This document shows positions 61,698-64,000 of a DNA stretch of 64,000 nt, piece after piece. The first letter of the stretch is position 1. Each line of letters begins with the position of its first letter. The stretch covers positions 16,192-80,191 of the forward strand of contig DATNKL010000010.1 of the NCBI GenBank assembly GCA_035603415.1. Reading direction: 5' to 3'. The DNA comes from Candidatus Acidiferrales bacterium (GTDB lineage: Bacteria > Acidobacteriota > Terriglobia > Acidiferrales > UBA7541). The notes beneath the pieces are model-generated. The model searched no databases. It saw nothing but the letters and a program-made list of their open reading frames with translations, and had not been told where the DNA came from. A program made the position numbers and the translations under genes.

Positions 61698-61952
61698 ATG
61701 AGAGACGAGATAGCTAAAGAGATCGTCGACGAATTGCATTTGATTCGAGAAGAACTGCAGAATCTTACGATGGCCATTAGGGCTAAGGCTAGCAATTCTG
61801 AAAACTCCTACGCTGGCAAATCTCGCAAGTCCTATCAGCCCCGCGCTCCGTACCCGCCCGATCCCGGCCACTCGGGAGTGAAGCCACATAGGAACGTAAG
61901 CTCCGGAGAGCCACGACGTCAGTGGCATCAAAATTCTCCAAAGGACAAATGA
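61698..61952 (+). CDS. Small hypothetical protein (N-terminal helix, disordered tail)
   Basis: AAGGGGG RBS; followed by a CAGCCGG-TTCG-CCGGCTG hairpin at 61962-61979. Confidence 0.5.
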   Translation: MRDEIAKEIVDELHLIREELQNLTMAIRAKASNSENSYAGKSRKSYQPRAPYPPDPGHSGVKPHRNVSSGEPRRQWHQNSPKDK

Positions 61953-62099
61953 TAACCTTGACAGCCGGTTCGCCGGCTGCAAGCACACCATTGAATGGCC
62001 ACGCTTACACTTTGCAGGTCACGAATCTGCATATTTTCATTTCGACGTGTGGTGCCCAAGCTGAGTAGCGAGACTTACGCTGGTCGAGTGTCATAAAAG

Positions 62100-62309
62100 A
62101 TAAGCGTCAGGTCTGAACCGTGTAGACGAAGTGAGGGTAATTAAGGATGCTGCCGGATGTGGGCACATCGCTAAGTGTCCACGGTGCTCGAACGCATCGC
62201 CGATCATCCCATCAACCGCATCAAGGAACTTTTACCCTGGAACCTTGCCCCAGAACTCGCTAACGACTCGCTTCACGCTGCGTAGTCAACCAACGGCGTC
62301 AAGACGGCC
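62100..62309 (+). mobile_element. Internally deleted IS66-family remnant
   Basis: Left-end-like (A)TAAGCGTC at 62100 and a GTGGGCAC-N8-GTGTCCAC palindrome at 62159-62182, joined to a TnpC C-terminus VLERIADHPINRIKELLPWN...* at 62184-62285. Confidence 0.75.
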
Positions 62310-62558
62310 TATAGTGTTGCAGCAACATGATTCTGTCACCAAGACCAGTGCGAGAACCTCTGGCGCTGAAACAGCAAGTGGCGGGATGATCGCGTGGTCT
62401 TCGACCATCCCGCTCAAAAACTTAGTCGCGAACTCCGTCAGCTTGGGGCCCGGACTTCCCGGGACTGCCCTTGCTTCGTAGCAGTCAAGCAACTCCCGGA
62501 TTTCAGAAGGAACGTCCGCAAGAAACTTGCTCTTCCCGTTGGTGGCTGCGTTAGTCAC
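62286..62558 (-). pseudogene. Hypothetical gene coupled to the radical SAM gene, probably truncated by the IS66 remnant
   Basis: Its GTG overlaps the radical SAM stop; the last codons (GRLDAVG*) are read from IS66 sequence. Confidence 0.4.
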
Positions 62559-64000
62559 AGTGTTCCAAAACACCGGTCGGAATCGTCAGAGGTTCCGCCT
62601 CGATCTGAACCAATGACGCTCCTGCGTTATGCAACGGTTGCCCGAGGTCTACATTCTTCCCCTTGGCATAGATTTCGTGGCGACCGTGCGTTCTGTGCCA
62701 GTCCGCCAACTTTATTGTTCGGCTCTGGTGCTCGACAACTTTTCGCCAACCACCGCCGTAGTAAGCACAAAAGCTGATTTCACCTTGGGTCGTTGCCACA
62801 GGAGTAGTGGAATTGCAGATTCCCGAGAAATCGTAATTGAAGGCATCCTGGAACCACACACCGTTAACGATCATGACTCTCCAGCGCCCGTCATACGAAT
62901 AGGCCTTTTGAGACCAATGGTCGCTACTTCCCGCAACACGATAGAAAGAATCCACAAGCACGCGCCGAAGGTCGGCAGGCCCAAACCCCGAGGGTGCCTC
63001 CTGCTGATTGAAATTACGAAGTATCGAAAGCGAGACAAGCGCCTTAGTTGTCGCTGGTCCCCTTCCAGAGTCCGTGATTTCTACAACGTCCCGCATGAAT
63101 TGTTCCAAGTCAAAGAAGACGGGAATCGGGATCGCCAGTTTCTGATGCGTGTCTACGAGCAACGGGCTGAAGATCCCACGGTTCGGATGGGTCTCCTGGA
63201 AGAGGCTTCCCAGATGCGCGTCAGGGTTAAGGACGTCGCATAAATGAGCGAATATTCCAAAGTCTGACACTGGGAACCAATCCCGCATTGGCTGCCAGCC
63301 AATCGAAGTCTGCTCATGCAGATCGAAAGCGAGCTGCGTGAGAGGATAGCGCCGGGCGTATCGCTCATCGGCGGACACGCGCTCGTCTCTGCCGGCAAAC
63401 ATGATGGGTTGAAAAACGACGCCGTGGATTTTGTCTATGTTCTGGATTGCAAAGCTAACAATGTCGCCGAGCCCATCGTTGTTGAGGCCGTTGGTTACAG
63501 TAACTTGGAGCGTTGTTCGCATTCCAGCCGCCGCGATGTTCTCCAATGCTCGTCGCTTCACTGCCATGGAGTTTCCTAATCCACGATGTCTGTTCTTTTC
63601 TTCGGAAACTCCGTCCAATTGCAGGTATATGGCGTGCAGGCCCGCTTCCTTTGCTTCAAACGCAAAATCTCTGCTCTGTGCAAAGCGCGCTCCGTTCGTC
63701 GCAACGTGAAGCCGGTGGAATCCCCTGCTCTTCGCGTGCTGAACGGCCTCTAAGAAAATCGGTGAAAGCGTGGGCTCTCCTCCTGAGAAGAGGATGTTAA
63801 TCTCTCGCTGAGGCTTGAACGATAGTGCGTTGTTAAAGATGGCTTTTATGTCTTCCATATTCAATTCGTGAACGTAGCTGGCCGCGTTCGCATCCATGAA
63901 GCAAGGCGAGCACATCATGTTGCATCGGTTGGTCAGATCAACGATTAAGTAAGTCCCCCGACCGGACCTGATGCTATTTGCGCCATGACCGTGCACACCG
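62551..64000 (-). CDS. Radical SAM protein, tetraether synthase (Tes/MJ0619)-like; 5' end outside the window
   Basis: DLTNRCNMMCSPCFMDAN (CxxxCxxC), SGGEPT, ATNG, YLQLDG, FQP, WFQD.FNYD and ISFCAY. Confidence 0.82.
   Translation of the reverse strand, partial: GVHGHGANSIRSGRGTYLIVDLTNRCNMMCSPCFMDANAASYVHELNMEDIKAIFNNALSFKPQREINILFSGGEPTLSPIFLEAVQHAKSRGFHRLHVATNGARFAQSRDFAFEAKEAGLHAIYLQLDGVSEEKNRHRGLGNSMAVKRRALENIAAAGMRTTLQVTVTNGLNNDGLGDIVSFAIQNIDKIHGVVFQPIMFAGRDERVSADERYARRYPLTQLAFDLHEQTSIGWQPMRDWFPVSDFGIFAHLCDVLNPDAHLGSLFQETHPNRGIFSPLLVDTHQKLAIPIPVFFDLEQFMRDVVEITDSGRGPATTKALVSLSILRNFNQQEAPSGFGPADLRRVLVDSFYRVAGSSDHWSQKAYSYDGRWRVMIVNGVWFQDAFNYDFSGICNSTTPVATTQGEISFCAYYGGGWRKVVEHQSRTIKLADWHRTHGRHEIYAKGKNVDLGQPLHNAGASLVQIEAEPLTIPTGVLEHCD

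Noticed and set aside
62002-62008. CGCTTAC as a second IS66 terminus
   Set aside because: A 7-bp match with no transposase sequence next to it; could be chance.

Overview
A gene-dense bacterial window of roughly 58% GC by eye. The gene repertoire (Oar-type TonB receptor, wHTH-TolB-TPR and kinase-TPR proteins, Tes-like radical SAM) suggests Acidobacteriota; this is inference. From left to right it holds: a cupredoxin-like gene broken by an in-frame TAG; a nucleotide-sugar/capsule cluster (2-10 kb); regulators and secreted hydrolases (11-27 kb); a ~21 kb divergent polyamine/acyl-amine uptake and catabolism locus built around a MerR-XRE-cupin regulator and a Cys-rich TonB-dependent receptor (27-48 kb); PilZ and Ser/Thr kinase genes; a phosphate block (ppk1, pit and a non-canonical PurD-like ATP-grasp gene) whose three upstream regions share a Pho-box-like motif; a Prx6 plus persulfide dioxygenase-rhodanese pair; and a disturbed right end. 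The right end contains a ~280 nt ORF-less group II intron-like RNA, an internally deleted IS66, and a divergent tetraether-synthase (Tes)-like radical SAM gene that runs off the window. No rRNA, tRNA or CRISPR array was seen. All calls come from motif recognition by eye; no database searches were run.
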